64,000 bases of DNA from Octopus bimaculoides (taxonomy: Eukaryota). Location: the NCBI RefSeq assembly GCF_001194135.2, contig NC_068990.1, positions 4,046,953 to 4,110,952 of the forward strand, written 5' to 3'. Positions 40,157-53,700 of this stretch are shown piece by piece (position 1 is the stretch's first letter; every line of letters starts with the position of its first letter). The translations under genes were made by a program, and so were the position numbers. The notes beneath the pieces were generated by a model. It did not search any database and was not told the DNA's origin. It saw nothing but the letters and a program-made list of their open reading frames with translations.

Positions 40157-43100
40157 TAACAATAATGATAACGATAATAATAATAACATTGAAAAATAGT
40201 TTAGGAATGAGAACCCAGGTTTGAAATTTCCCCAAGACACCTGATGAAGGCTGGAGGGTATAACAGCCGAAATGCTGTGTTAACAACAAACAAGATGAGG
40301 ACAAATATCCATCAAATGTAAATAATGTAAATGTAAATAATTTCCTATTCATTTTAGAAACTTTACTCTTACCAGCAAAAACTGCTGATGTCTTACTTGT
40401 TTCAATCGATGGACTGTGGCCATGCTGGATTATTACCTTGAGGTGTTTAGCCAAACAAGTTAGCCCCCAGTACTTTTTATTTTTATTTGCTTTATAGCTT
40501 GTGACTTATTCTATCAGTCTTTTTTGCGGGAGAACAAACAGACATGCATGTACCACACATGAACACATACACACACACACACAAACACACACACGACAGG
40601 CTTCTTTTAGTTTTAACCCACCAAATCCATTCATAAGGCTTTGGTGAGCCCACAGCTATAGTAGAAGACACCTGCCCAAGGTGCCATTTAGTGGGACTGA
40701 ACTCAAAACCATGTAGTTGGGAAGCAAATTTCTTACAACACAATACAGTGAGCATCTGAACAGTTTCTAACTATCAAATTTCGCTTTCAAGGAATTGGTC
40801 ATTTTTTGCAAATTGGTTTCCTATACATGGGAATTCATACAATTATGCAGGATTTTGGTTATTTTTATTTTTAAACCCCCACCCCACCTATAAATCCTAA
40901 AAGTTCCAGTCTTTTATGAATTTTCAGACAGTCCAAATTGTTTGTTTAAATCCCAGCAATGGACCATGCTTGATGCATCTTCATTCCATAAAATGTGTTT
41001 ATGGGGAGAAAAAAATTGAAAAACATCAATACATGTCAGAGTGACAAAGAAACAAAGGCGGTATCAGGTGGTCATGAAATGTACTAAAAACAACAGCTAA
41101 ATCACCCTCAGATCACACACACACATACACACACACACACAAAAAAACTTTTGCATAATTGTATGCATTCACATATGTAGATCACAAATTCACGAAAGTT
41201 TTCTGAAAATTCCAAAAAATAAAAAAAGTTGTGAGTGGTTATATCGGGTACTTAAACCAGAATTCCACCTATTTTCCTTCTATTTAAGTAACCAGATATA
41301 TATACATGTGACGTATTATGATGTAGTATTTCTTCCACTCTCAACACACAAGGGATGCACACACATGCTCACACAATTATACATACACACCTTGCTACAT
41401 ACACAAGTGCAATGCTTCACTATTAAGTGCTGTTTTGCGATTATGTAAATAAAATATGTCATGAGACCATTTACCATCAACTCAACTTATGTCATACTGA
41501 CATGAATGTGAGGTTTCCAAACTGATGTGTGTGTCTTTCAATCTTTATCTTTTATCTTTTACTTGTTTCAGTCACTGGGCTGCAGCCATTCTGGGGTACT
41601 GCCTTGAAGATATTTTAGTCAAATAAATGAACTCCATTTCTTATTTCTAAACCTGGTACTTATTTTATCAGTTTCTTTTACTGAACTGCAAAGTTAAGGG
41701 GATGTAAACAAACCAACAATAGTTGTCAGGCAGTTGGTGGGGAACAAACACAAACACACACACTCACACATATATATATATGCTGGTGACACGTAAAAGG
41801 CACCTGCTACACCCTTGGAGTGGTTGGTCTAAGGAAGAGCATCCAGCCATAGAAACCATACACAATCAGACTGGAGCCTGTTACAGCTCTCCGGCTTATC
41901 AGTCCTGGTCAAACTGTCTAACCCATGCCAGCATGGAAAATGGACGTTAAATGTTGATGATAATATATGTGAAGGTGTGGTTAAGTGGTTAGTGTGTTGA
42001 ACTCATGATCATAAGATTGTGGTTTCAATTCCTGGACCAGGTAGCACAACATTATTCCAATGCTCAGCTGACAAAAATGAGCAATCCTACGACAGACCAT
42101 CATCCCATCCAGGGATGAGTATATGCCATGAGTCTATGCCTCAAAAAGGACCTTTTTTATATATGTATGTATACATATATACATTGATTGGCCAGGGGCT
42201 ACGGTAGAAGATACTTACCCAAGAAGCTGTGCATTGACTTACACCAACTCGCAAAATTGCTGGCCTTGTGCCAAAATTTGAAACTAATGTATGCAAAATC
42301 AATCCTTCCCCCCAACATTACACACAAGTAGTTTATTATTTGTCGTACCTAATTAATAAGGTCTTGTGCAGTCTTTAATATTATGGTCTTTTACTACTAT
42401 AAGTCCAGTTGAGTTGATTTTATCTAGAGTCAAACAAGGAGTATTTTTGTAATTCCTGCATAGATCTTTTCTAATAAGTTCATTATATTTTTCAATACTA
42501 AGGTTATAAATGTTTCCAGTTTTATCAGAATGCACTAGAATTCCTGAAATGCATTTTAGATTTTTAATTAAATAATTTAATTTACACAGATGTTCATTAT
42601 AACAAAGAGGGTGGCATTTGAATTTGATGCTTCTAATGATATTCATTAAGTCTTCTTCAAATTCAATTACATGTTAGTTCTGTGATGAACTTTTGCAAGA
42701 TTCAAAATAATGTTTAAAGTAGTTAATAGGTTCTATTTTGTCATTCAAGTTTGAAGTTTTTTTTATCAAAGAAACATGCTTTCCATTGCATATGCATAGT
42801 AAATGAACTTGTTCTGTATGTTAACAATTTCATATATTCATCTTTAGTTGGAATAGGAATATACTTCAGCAAAATATCATCCAAGTGTATTATTTTTTCC
42901 ATTCTAGAAGTTAACAGTCATAAATGATTAAGTAAATATAATCAGATAGATTACATTGTAGCAGAATATTATGTAGGCAGGTAAGATAAAATCCCAGCTG
43001 TTTCCTCTTGAAACACATCTGCTTATTCTGTTACCACAATCCAATATGTAGTTGGTATTGTTGCTGTATAGATAGATACAAGTTAATATTTAAAGTATAG

Positions 43101-43616
43101 ATGCAAGTTAACATGTTAAATTCTGGAAATATCATTTGCAGAATTATTGTAAAACAAAGCAGAAAGTTGGAAAATTTATTGGTACTATTTTATCACCGTG
43201 TGTGTGTGTGTATGTGTGGTGGGGGCACATGCACACACACACACACACACATCATTATCATCTTCATTATCTCTCTGTCTATATATGTAGCTGTTGTCTT
43301 GTCTACTGCAAGACACCTCTTTCTGCCCCTCTCCCATACTCTAACCTCTCGTAACCTGGTAGAAAAGCACCTCCGTTAGTACCATTTTCACCTGAGCTGA
43401 GTGGGTCTTGTCTTGCAAGTTACTTGGTGACCTTACTGGTGTTGCACAACATAAAAAGCACCCAGTACACTCTGTAAAGTGGTTGACATAAGAAATTACA
43501 TCCAGCCATAGAAACCAAGCCAAAGCAGACAGTAGAGCCTGGTGCATTCATCTGACATGCCAGCTCAAATTGTCCAACCCATGCCACCATGGAAAGCAGA
43601 CTTTAGATGGTAATTA

Positions 43617-43650
<34 letters not shown>

Positions 43651-43655
43651 GGTGG

Positions 43656-43751
<96 letters not shown>

Positions 43752-44416
43752 TCATCATCCTCACTTTAATGTACACTTTTCTACGCTTGCAAGGGGTCAG
43801 ACAGAATTCTATGAGAGAGATTTTCTATAGCTACATGTCAATTCTTCTTGTTGCCAATTCTCATACGATTCTAAATAAGGTAATATCTCCTCATAGCCAG
43901 ACATCTTTCCATGAAAAATTGAAACTGAACAACACAGTTTCTATGACATTGCTCATTTACAACTATCACGTGTTTTCAAGACAAGGACGCACACACACAC
44001 AAACAAATATATGCATAAATTTTTTACTTGCTTCAGTCAATGGAATATGACCATGCTGGGGCACCACTTCGAAGGGTTTAGTCAAATAAACCAGCCCCAG
44101 TAATTTCATGTTTTCTTTAAGTCTGGTACTTATTCTATCAGTCTCTTTTTGGTGAACCACTAAGCTACAGGCACACAAACACATCAACACCAGTTGTCAA
44201 GCGATGGTGGAGGACAAACACAGGCACGAAGACACACACACACACACACATACACAACAGGTTTCTTTTAGTTTCCGTCTATCAAATCCACTTACAAGAC
44301 TTTGGTCAGCCTAAGGCTATAGTAGAAGACACCCAAAGTACCACACTGTGGGGCTGAACCTAAAATTTTATGGCTGGGAAGTAAATTTCTTAACCAAACA
44401 GACATGTATCTTAATA

Positions 44417-44475
<59 letters not shown>

Positions 44476-46885
44476 AGTCCCTTGTACATGAGTAATGTAT
44501 GGATGTATGGATGTGCATAGGCATATACTCATTATTTACAAAGCATAAAAAAACCATTCATGCATTTAAGTTCTTCCTGCATGCTTAATGTACCCAACCA
44601 CCCATACACAAGCATACACAAACTTATAACACAAACACACACAAACCAATGTGAAAGATTTTAGTGCAATTTTAATGTACAAAACTATACACATACACAA
44701 AAACGTTATATTATATATATATAATGTATGCGACTAAACATAACTTGAGTCAAAAAAAAAGTATTTATTTCTTTCTGTGTACCAAAATCTGAACCCATAA
44801 TAAGTGCGATTAACTATTAAAATTAAATAAGCCTTCCCTTGATTAGAGAAATTTTAAATATTGTTCAGAATTAATGCATGTCCAGAGACAGCTGTGATTT
44901 TTGAAGCATATAATAATGTGTACTAAATATATACACAACTGCACTTGATTCAAGTTTCATGAAAAAGAGCCTACCCATTCTCTTGGGAGCCTTATACAAT
45001 ACTGTTCCTTTTGGTTAGATCTCACTACAGTAGAATCAAGATTTTTTTTTTCCAGTGGTGCCTAAGTCTGCCTCCATCTGAGTATGTATGTCTGTCCTTC
45101 TTTCTGTCTTTTTTTAGATATGTGTGTATGCGTGATCTTTTTTTCTTTCTTTGCTTTTCAACAGGATATAAAATTCAATCCATGTTTTTTAAATGTGAAC
45201 TTATTCACACATAAATTAGGCTAGATTAAATAGTAGTCTGGTTGTCTAAATTCATAAGAATTAAAAGGGAAAAAAAAGAAACGAGTACACACCCGAACGA
45301 AATGGGAAGTAATTTAACATCCTTGAAGCAAATTTCTTTTCAATAAGCAGATGCCACTTTCGAAAGAGAAAAAAGTTAGATGCAAAGTGTAATGAATTAA
45401 ACAGACCCTCAGTATATTACAGGTAATTGCTGAGGAACAAAACTAGTAGATGCTCTTTTTCAGAGTCAAGTAGCAATGTACTGTATGTTGTATGCAAAAA
45501 AGCCCATAATTAATTGAAATTAATTATGGGCTTTTCTACGCTGGGGAAAGAAAGAAAAACTTAGTGGTAACTGTTTGCAATTCTCAAGAAAAGGGAAGAT
45601 AATTTCAGTCACTGTGTGAACAGATGAACTATTTCATTCAACATATGACCAAAGTGACTAAGACATTTATGCTACATTACTTGATCTGGATATCTGGTAT
45701 GGAAGAATCACACCGGTTCAAGCAAATCAACCAACTGGATGGCAATGATGATGATTTATTCAGATATTCCATTATTTCACTAACCCAACAACAAAAGCAA
45801 CAAAGAAATTCTTATGATGAGCAGTTACTGTTGCAGCCAGTAATGCAGGATTGGTGTACAATAGTTGTAAGTTGCAAATATAATTAAAAAAAAAAACAAT
45901 CCTTTAGCAAAGGGCCCCTCTATCATCTGTAAACTACAACAAAATCGTAGGCCCATAGCAACCAATCCACATTTTGCCCCACATGGAACTCCTATTTTCT
46001 GGCTTATACATAAATTAGCCACTGTTAATTGTAAAATAGCAACTATTAAAAAACACAAAAATGCCACAAAAACAACACGTTCCTGTAATGTGTGCAGAAG
46101 AAACCACATAGAGAAGCACCATTAATGAGCATAGAGATTTAACCTTGTAGGTCCATTGATCAATATGTACAAAACAATTTTATTTCTAAATAAATTCAAC
46201 AAAACATAATAATAATATATGATATAAAATTATCTTGCTTGTAAAGTAATCATATGAAGAAAGGATAAGACCAAAACATTTGACGATCTTTGGTTTTTGA
46301 TTTTTTTCATTATTTTATTTTATTTTTTTATTTTGATTTTGAACGAAGATAAAATAGAAAGGTTGAAAATGAGTACGTGATTAGTTTAATAGTGAAAAGT
46401 TTTGTCTTTGAGAAATTTTAAAACCTACAATAATACAAAATAGTAATATTTTGATTGCATTGATAAAATAAGTACCAGTTGAATATTGGGGTTGATGTAA
46501 TCAAGATCGACTATCTTATGATAATTAGTTACGTCCTTCTTCGGTGTAATATCAAAAACTATTAGAAATGAAATATGATTTTCATGCTCCCATGTTTGAT
46601 AGCATAATTACTAGGTTCAAGCCATCAATTTAATCACTTAAAAAACCTGTCCTAAACTGTGTGGTATTGTGCGTATGTTAGAAAATTGCAATACTCTTAT
46701 TTTAGTTCTTTGCATATTTTTTGCATACTGAAGTCAAATTTCACCAAGATCAACTTTGCATTAGTGAGTGGACTGGAGCAATGTGAAATGAAGTGTCTTG
46801 CTCAAGGACACAACACACTGCCAGGAATCAAACTCATGACTTTACAATTGTGAGCCAAATACCCTAACCATTGAGCTATGCACCT

Positions 46886-46929
<44 letters not shown>

Positions 46930-47708
46930 TTTTCCTTAATCATTTGATACTCTTTTACTCTTTTACTTGTTTCAGTCATTTGACTGCGGCCATGCTNNNN
47001 NNNNNNTATGAGTTTTCCTTAATCATTTGATACTCTTTTACTCTTTTACTTGTTTCAGTCATTTGACTGCGGCCATGCTGGAGCACCGCCTTTAGTCGAA
47101 TCAAATCGACCCCAGGACTTGTTCTTTGGAAGCCTGGTACTTATTCTATCGGTCTCATTTGGCCGAACCGCTAAGTTGCGGGGACGTAAACACACCGGCA
47201 TCGGTTGTCAAGCGATGTTGGGGGGACAAACACAGATACACACACATATACACACATACATATATATATATGAGTGAGATCGTTGCCAGTGCCCCTGGAC
47301 TGGCTTGTGCGGGTGGCACATAAAAGACACCATTTCGAGCGTGGCCGTTTTCGTGCGGGTGACACATAAAAGCACCCACTACACTCTCTGAGTGGTTGGC
47401 GTTAGGAAGGGCATCCAGCTGTAGAAACTCTGCCAAATTAGATTGAAGCCTGGTGTTGCCATCCGGTTTCACCAGTCCTCAGTCAAATCGTCCAACCCAT
47501 GCTAGCATGGAAGGCGGACGTTAAACGATGATGATGATATATATATATATATACACGTACACATACAAACACACACATGAATGAGCAGACAAACAAGAGA
47601 AAAGGGTACCCAACACATTTAGGAGTTATTATTTAAAATAGTTTGATCCAGTCCTATGTTACAAGGATGCCAAAAAACACACACTAGTTGTCAAGTGGTG
47701 GTGGGGGA

Positions 47709-47744
<36 letters not shown>

Positions 47745-50700
47745 TACATACAAGCTTCTTTCAGTTTCTGTCTACCAAAATCACTCACAAGACTTAGGTT
47801 GCCCCAAGGTTACACTACAAGACACTTGCCCAAAGTGCCATGCAGTGGGACTGAACTCAAAACTCTATAAACATAAGTAATACCCAATTTTGCACTTGTC
47901 TGTGTGTACATATGACAGATCAATAATAAGCAGTATTTAAATCAAGAGAAAGCAATTTTGTGTTTTTGTTTAAGGGCACTTAAAGAGCACCTAACACACT
48001 TTGTTAAGCAGTTGGCATTAGGAAGGGCATCCAGCCAAAGAAACCATGTCACAACAGACAATTGAAGTCCATATCAAACCGACCAACCTATGCCAGCATG
48101 GAAAGCATAAGTTAAATGATGGTGATGATGGAAGATATCATTTATCTCTTTCATAACTTTTCTTAATGGATGTCTGTTACGGTGTATCAGATAAATTATT
48201 GCTTCCACTCCGTAACAACAAATATTCTGCAAGAAGCACTCCTGATGGTAAAGTCATCACATTTGCCACCAGATTTGCACTTAACTCCACATTGCGCACT
48301 CAACAAAACCCAGCCCAACACTCCTTTCTAAATTGCACTCGTCTCACTAACAACAACCTACACACAAATAGAAATTCAATGATCGTGAGACAACAAGAAG
48401 TAACAACCTAGCAGTTAAATTTCTCTGACTCTCTTAACTAAATTTTTGCAATCATGTTCTATGACCGCCATCCTCGATAACACACCAAACACTGTTACAA
48501 CAATAAAATAATTTAAGAAATACTTATTATATAATTGGTAGCACCTATATCCAAGATATACTGTTACACATTTTTTACAAAGAAAGTTATGAACACAGTT
48601 ATTATTAGATAAGGCAGTGAGCTTGTAGAACCATTATCATGCTGGGCAAAATGATTAAAGGCATTTCTTTTGACTCTTTATGTTCTGAGTTCAAATTCTG
48701 CCAAGGTTCACTGTCTTTCATCCTTTCAAGGTTGATAAAATAAGCACTAGTTGAACACTAGTGTTGATGTAAATGACTTACAATTGCTGGCCTTGTGGCA
48801 AAATATGAAACCACTATTAACACATATATATGGTAGAGAGCAGGCAGAATTGTTAGCACACTGAAGGCGGCGAGCTGGCAGAATCGTTAACCTGTCAGGT
48901 GAAATGGTTAGCGGTAATTCATCTGCCGTTACATTCTGAGTTCAAATTCCGCTGAGGTTGACTTTGCCTTTCATCTTTTCGGGGTCGATAAATTAAGTAC
49001 CAGTTACGCACTGCGGTCGATGTAATCAACTTAATCCCTTTGTCTGTCCTCATTTGTCCCTTCTATGTTTAGCCCCTTGTGAGCAATAAAGAAATAAGAA
49101 TTGTTAGCACACTGGGCGAAATGCTTGGAGGTGCTTCATCTGCCACTACATTCTGAGTTCAAATTCTGCTGAGGTCAACATTGCCTTTCATCCTTTTGGG
49201 ATCAATAGATTAAGTACCAGTGGAACACTGGAGGTCGATGTAATCAACTAGTCCCCTCCCACAAAATTTTAAGCCTTGTCCCCATAGTAGAAAGGATTAT
49301 TAGCATAGGCATGACTATGAGGTAAGAAGCTTGCTTCCCAACCACATGGTTCTGGGTTCAGTCCCACTGTGAGGCACCTTGGGTAAGTGTCTTCTATTAT
49401 AGTCTTGGGCTGACCAAAGCCTTGTGAGTGGATTTGGTAGACAGAAACTGAAAGAAGCCTGTTGTATATGTGTGTGTGTGTGTGTGTTTATTTTTGTGTC
49501 TGTGTTTGTCCCCCGCTACCATTGCTTGACAACCGATGCTGGTGTGTTTATGTCCCTGTATACATATATATACACACTCACATGAATGCTAATGGCACAT
49601 GCATACATACACATGCCCCAACTCTCCCAAATGTATATACATATTATACTGCTAATTATCAACAGCATTTGAATTTCTCACTCTCTGTCTGATCCACACA
49701 CACACACACTTTTATCATTCCCTTTCTGCAGGGTCACAGATTCTTCTACACTACAGGAATTTATTGCAGGCACTTTAATAGATAGATACACTGATATGTA
49801 TACAGATCTGTCTGAAAAATCATTTCTTCTATCACCCACCCCAACTTCATCAACATGTCACAACCTGAGATTGAACTATGGACCTTTATTTTATCAGATC
49901 TTCACACAGATTTCCTCTCTAACACTCTCTCGAGTGAGCTTCTTTTAATTATCTGAAATAACTAATGAGCTATTTCATTTACTTTGATATATCTTCTATC
50001 TTTTACTTGTTTCAGTCATGTACTTATTTTTTAAAGTCTGGTTCTTATTCTATCATTGTCTTTTGTCGAACTACTAGGTTTCGGGGCCATAAACACACCA
50101 GCACCAGTTGTCAAGTGGTGGTGGGGGAACAAACACTGACACAAAGATACACAGATAGATATATACATACATATATACGACGGGCTTCTTTCAGTTTCCG
50201 TCTACCAAATCCACTCACAAAGCTTTACTAAGCCTGAGGCTATAGTGGAAGGCACTTTCTGAAGGTGCCACATAGTGGGAATGAACCCAGAACCATGTTG
50301 TAGGGAAGCAACCTTCTTACCACACAGCCACACCATGTTAAAATAAGAATATTTTGCTAAAACACGTTACACAAAGAGCAGAAAGAAAAAACATTTCAAA
50401 TTTAAAAAAAAATAATCAAAAATATAATAGATTTGTTTTGTTTTTTAGTACAGATTTATGCATATCTGTATACGTTTTAGATTTGTCTGAAATCAGTATA
50501 TTCACATAAATAACAGATGTATGAGAGTTATGCAAAACATTTTAACATCAATTTTACTATCACATACGTCAAGGTTCAGTAAACACACGTAACAATTCAA
50601 CTGTTGCAGAACATGATGAAAATAGTAGCCAAAACTCTCACAAGACACACATTTAAGTATAAGTCAAATTGAATAATACAGTTCTTGATAGAGAAATGTT

Positions 50701-53700
50701 GGGGGGGTTGTCATGAATGGAAAACTTTTCATCACAGTTTTTTAACTATGACTGAACAGGGACTTACATAACAGTACAAAAGTTTGAACTAACAAGGGAA
50801 ATGATCAGTGTGGACACATAACTTGCTAGATATAGCAACCAAATTTCTCTTAAATCATATCTCACCTATCTTAAACTAGAAAAGTTGTTCAACATTTTGA
50901 AGATATTCAAAATATGACCACCAAGTAAAAATTTAGGCTGTGGACTCACTTCAATGGAAATATTGATTAGCTTCATGTCTTTGATAGAAACATTAGGACT
51001 TAAATCAAAAAGTCATGTTGATATATCGTTACCATCACCACGTTTATCCTTTTCAATATTTTTCAACTTTTCCAAGGTGGCCTGCTCACAAAATTGTTAG
51101 AACACTGGGTAAAATACTTAGAAGCATTTTCATATGTCTTTAAGTTCTTAATTCAAATTCCACCGAAGTCAACTTTGCTTTCATCATCTCGGGGTCAATA
51201 ATATAAGTACCAGTTGAGTACTGAGTCGATGCAATTGACCCACCTTTTCTTCCAGAATTGTTGACCTTGAGCCAAAATTTGAAACCAGCAAGTTGCAATA
51301 TTTTTTTGTTGGTGCAGCTTAGATGCGTTGCCAGTGTTCTTGATCCTGTGTTCACTCAGAAAATCATCTGAACCAACAACACAGAGACAGAACATCACGG
51401 GAACCAACAAAGGTCATATCACCCGTTAAAAATAGCATCCAACTAAATATCCATCAAATAATACACTATCATATTGAGAAAAGAGAATTCACAGTCACTT
51501 AACCCTTTAGCATTCGGATTATTCTGTCGAATGAAATGCTTATTTATTCAAATTGTCTTGAATTAATCCTGCATTATGTTGCAACTTCAAGATTTTGATG
51601 ATGTAATTGTTCATTTTTGGAATAACTTTATAGGGCAAATGGGAGAGGTGGGATCTAGCTGGTTTGAACATTAAACAGATAGAATATTTTGGCTGTTTAT
51701 GGTGGGTTATAGCAGGTTTAAATACTAAGAGGTTGATGTAGTGAGAGTATGTGTTGCATTCAGAATCACAAATTTGTAGTTTCAATTCCTGGATGAGGTG
51801 GTGCATTGTGTTCTTGAGCAAATCACTTCATTTCACATTGCTCTGCAATTGCTTCGACATCTGATGTGTGGCACACCATGCACTTATACACGCAATTTTG
51901 ATTAGCTGGAGAACGTGAGCTCCTGGACAGCACAAACATTTGATCACTATAAACAAATCATCCAAGCAGGTTATTCAGCAAGAAATTGCAGAACCATCTT
52001 TCTCAAACTCGAGAGATTACCAAGAAGGATGTAGCTACAGACACACTGTGTCTGAATAAAAGACATAGAAAATGTAGAAGGTATTAACTTCCTACATTTC
52101 CTGATGATGAAAGCACCATGAGATACAGTTTTGGCATTTCAGTTCACCTAGGAGTTCAAACTGACAAAAGAACCTCTACTTGGTCAACCAATCTAATAAA
52201 AGCAACAGTCAAATCTATTTCAAATTTCAAAACTATTGCCTGACAAAAATGAAAAACACATTTTATAATGTTGACTTAGACACTTCTAAAATGACGGAAT
52301 ACCTTTGAACATATCTTTGCTCAATAAGTTTGACCTGACATAAAATAGCAACACAATATAACTGTGTGGGTTGGATTGTTTTGGATTGGATTGGATTGGC
52401 ACAAATCATCAATACAAGAAATGAGATTACATAAATTACAAAGATTTTGTTAATTTGCAGTCTAATTATAATAATTAGCAAAGGTTTTGTTTACAGTCTA
52501 ATTATATAATTAACAAAGATACTGTTAGCATGCTCACTGATTGCAATAATTAGCAAAAAATTTGGTTAGTATGCAGTCGGAATACAATAATTAACAAAGA
52601 TTTGTTAGCTTACTGTCTGATTATAATAATTAACAAGCATATGTTAGAATACAAATTGGCTGTAGAAAGTTTAGAGAACGTTTACCTTTGTTGGTAACAA
52701 AAAGCCTCCCTCAAAATGAAAGGCAGACTGTACGATGCATATGTATGAGCAGCAATGCTACATGGTTGTGAAACCTGGGCTGTGAATGCAGAGGACATGC
52801 AAAGACTAGAAATAAATGAAACTAGTAAGCTTGATGGATGTGCATTGTCAGCATACATATATGACAAAGTACAAACATGCTGGGAGAAGAATTGGACATA
52901 AGAAGCATCAGATGTGGTGTGCAAGAGAGACGACTGTGCTGGTCATTTAATGTAGATAGATAAGGATAGCTATATAAAGAAGTATCGATCGCTAAACCTG
53001 GAAGGAACCTGTGAGAAAGGTAAATTTAGGAAAACATGGGGTGAAGAAGTGGTAAAGATTGACCTCAAAATGTTGAGCATCTCAGAGGTGTCAGGGGACC
53101 AAGATAAATGTCTTCTCAAGCACAGCAATATGCTGTATTTGAGAAGATCCATTCAACTCAGCAGAACTGGGGCTTTATCAAGCTGTCCCCAACAACTCAT
53201 CTTCCAACACCCACTCTTCTATCAATCTTCTGTTACCATATTTCCTTCACTTCCCTCCTACATCATCATCATCATTTAATGTCTGTTGTCCATGCTGGCA
53301 TGGGTTGGACAGTTTGACCAGCGCTAACAAGCTGGGAAACTGCACCAGACTCCAGTCTGATTTGGCATGGTTTCTACAACTGGATGCCCTTCCTAATGCC
53401 AACCACTTTACAAAGTGTGCTAGGTACTTTTACTGAATTGACGGTCCCTATGTCCAACTCCCTACCTTTAATAATCTATTACACTATTTTCACTCAGTCC
53501 ACTTACCTACACATCCACCTTTTACTCTCTTCTATTCCATCTCATATTCACATTGTACCTGGACCTCACATCTCTTTCTCTTTCTCTCTCACTTTCCAAG
53601 TGAGCAAGCTGTGTATTCATCCAAGATTATCCAATGAGCCTTTCATTTCTAAGATAATAGGAGAAAGTGACTTGAGGGGGAATTTGGCTGTTATTTCTAG

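Larger units (their letters stand above)
39800..40350. mobile_element. Head-to-head inverted pair of composite elements: tRNA-like head + (AAT)n + hammerhead-bearing Penelope-type pLTR module
   Basis: The left arm (about 39800-40054, minus) and right arm (about 40062-40350, plus) are reverse complements. The heads carry TAGTG(G/A)TTAAG A-box-like and GAGTTTGATT/GAATTCAAT B-box-like sequences. Confidence 0.75.

Noticed and set aside
46526-46550. Minus-strand CAC-CGAAGA-A-GGAC half motif
   Set aside because: Truncated before the second stem II strand and GAAA; used only as weak support for a C4 variant.
48175-48503. Possible solo LTR (TGTTAC...ACA)
   Set aside because: No TSD, PBS/PPT or second copy visible; cannot be supported.
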